DNA of 64,000 bases, from NCBI GenBank assembly GCA_963843575.1, contig CAWJKZ010000014.1, forward strand, positions 512,001-576,000, given 5' to 3'. This stretch comes from an uncultured Acidobacteriota bacterium (lineage in GTDB: Bacteria > Acidobacteriota > UBA6911). Positions 63,776 to 64,000 of this stretch are shown here, in pieces (positions within the stretch are counted from its first letter, which is position 1; every line of letters begins with the position of its first letter). The translations under genes and the position numbers were made by a program. The notes beneath the pieces are model-generated. The model had not been told where the DNA came from, ran no database searches, and worked only from the letters and a program-made list of their open reading frames with translations.

Positions 63776-64000
63776 TCAGCCGTCGTCCTCGTCTGTGGTT
63801 ATCACTCGGTCCTCGATCAGGAAGCCGACGCTGCGGGCGAGTTCCTGCTCGACCTGACGCTTGCGCCGCCGCCACTCGCGCCACTGCTCCCGGTCGGCCT
63901 CGGCCTTCTGCCGCAGCGCGTCGCGCTCTGTCTGCAGCGCCGCGATCCCGGCCTCGATTTCGGCAGCCTTGCGCTCCCGCACGAGCTCCCGCTCCTTGAG
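63776..64000 (-). CDS. Coiled-coil hypothetical protein, C-terminal part (truncated by window edge)
   Basis: Open frame LKERELVRERKAAEIE...ELARSVGFLIEDRVITTDEDDG*, co-oriented upstream of the pspA-like gene. Confidence 0.65.
   Translation of the reverse strand, partial: LKERELVRERKAAEIEAGIAALQTERDALRQKAEADREQWREWRRRKRQVEQELARSVGFLIEDRVITTDEDDG

Overview
GC-rich bacterial chromosomal segment. The Acidobacterial-type VWA gene, the ECF/anti-sigma cassette and the general gene content suggest Acidobacteriota (inference). Most of it is housekeeping or metabolic: dprA-topA, fusA-like-lgt-rluD, thiI, gnd / tkt-zwf-opcA-pgl, mqnA plus a UbiD decarboxylase, squalene synthase / squalene-hopene cyclase, an Fe-S D-lactate dehydrogenase, a polyamine locus and two TolC-MFP-RND efflux operons with visible operators. 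I saw no rRNA, tRNA, CRISPR array, transposase or integrase. At least 10 genes after 21 kb carry single-base frameshifts, most likely long-read or assembly errors. The main findings are: (1) a 75-aa glutaredoxin-like double selenoprotein missed by the ORF track, with two in-frame UGA codons each followed by a SECIS-like hairpin, inside a sulfur/redox-themed neighbourhood; (2) an envelope module at the right edge made of PspA/ESCRT-III, a solute-binding/OmpA fusion and a VWA lipoprotein; (3) a P-loop kinase-dCMP deaminase fusion with a near-leaderless promoter; (4) a homospermidine-type polyamine locus paired with agmatine deiminase; (5) a heptamer-based palindromic repeat family. All calls come from motif recognition by eye; no database searches were run.
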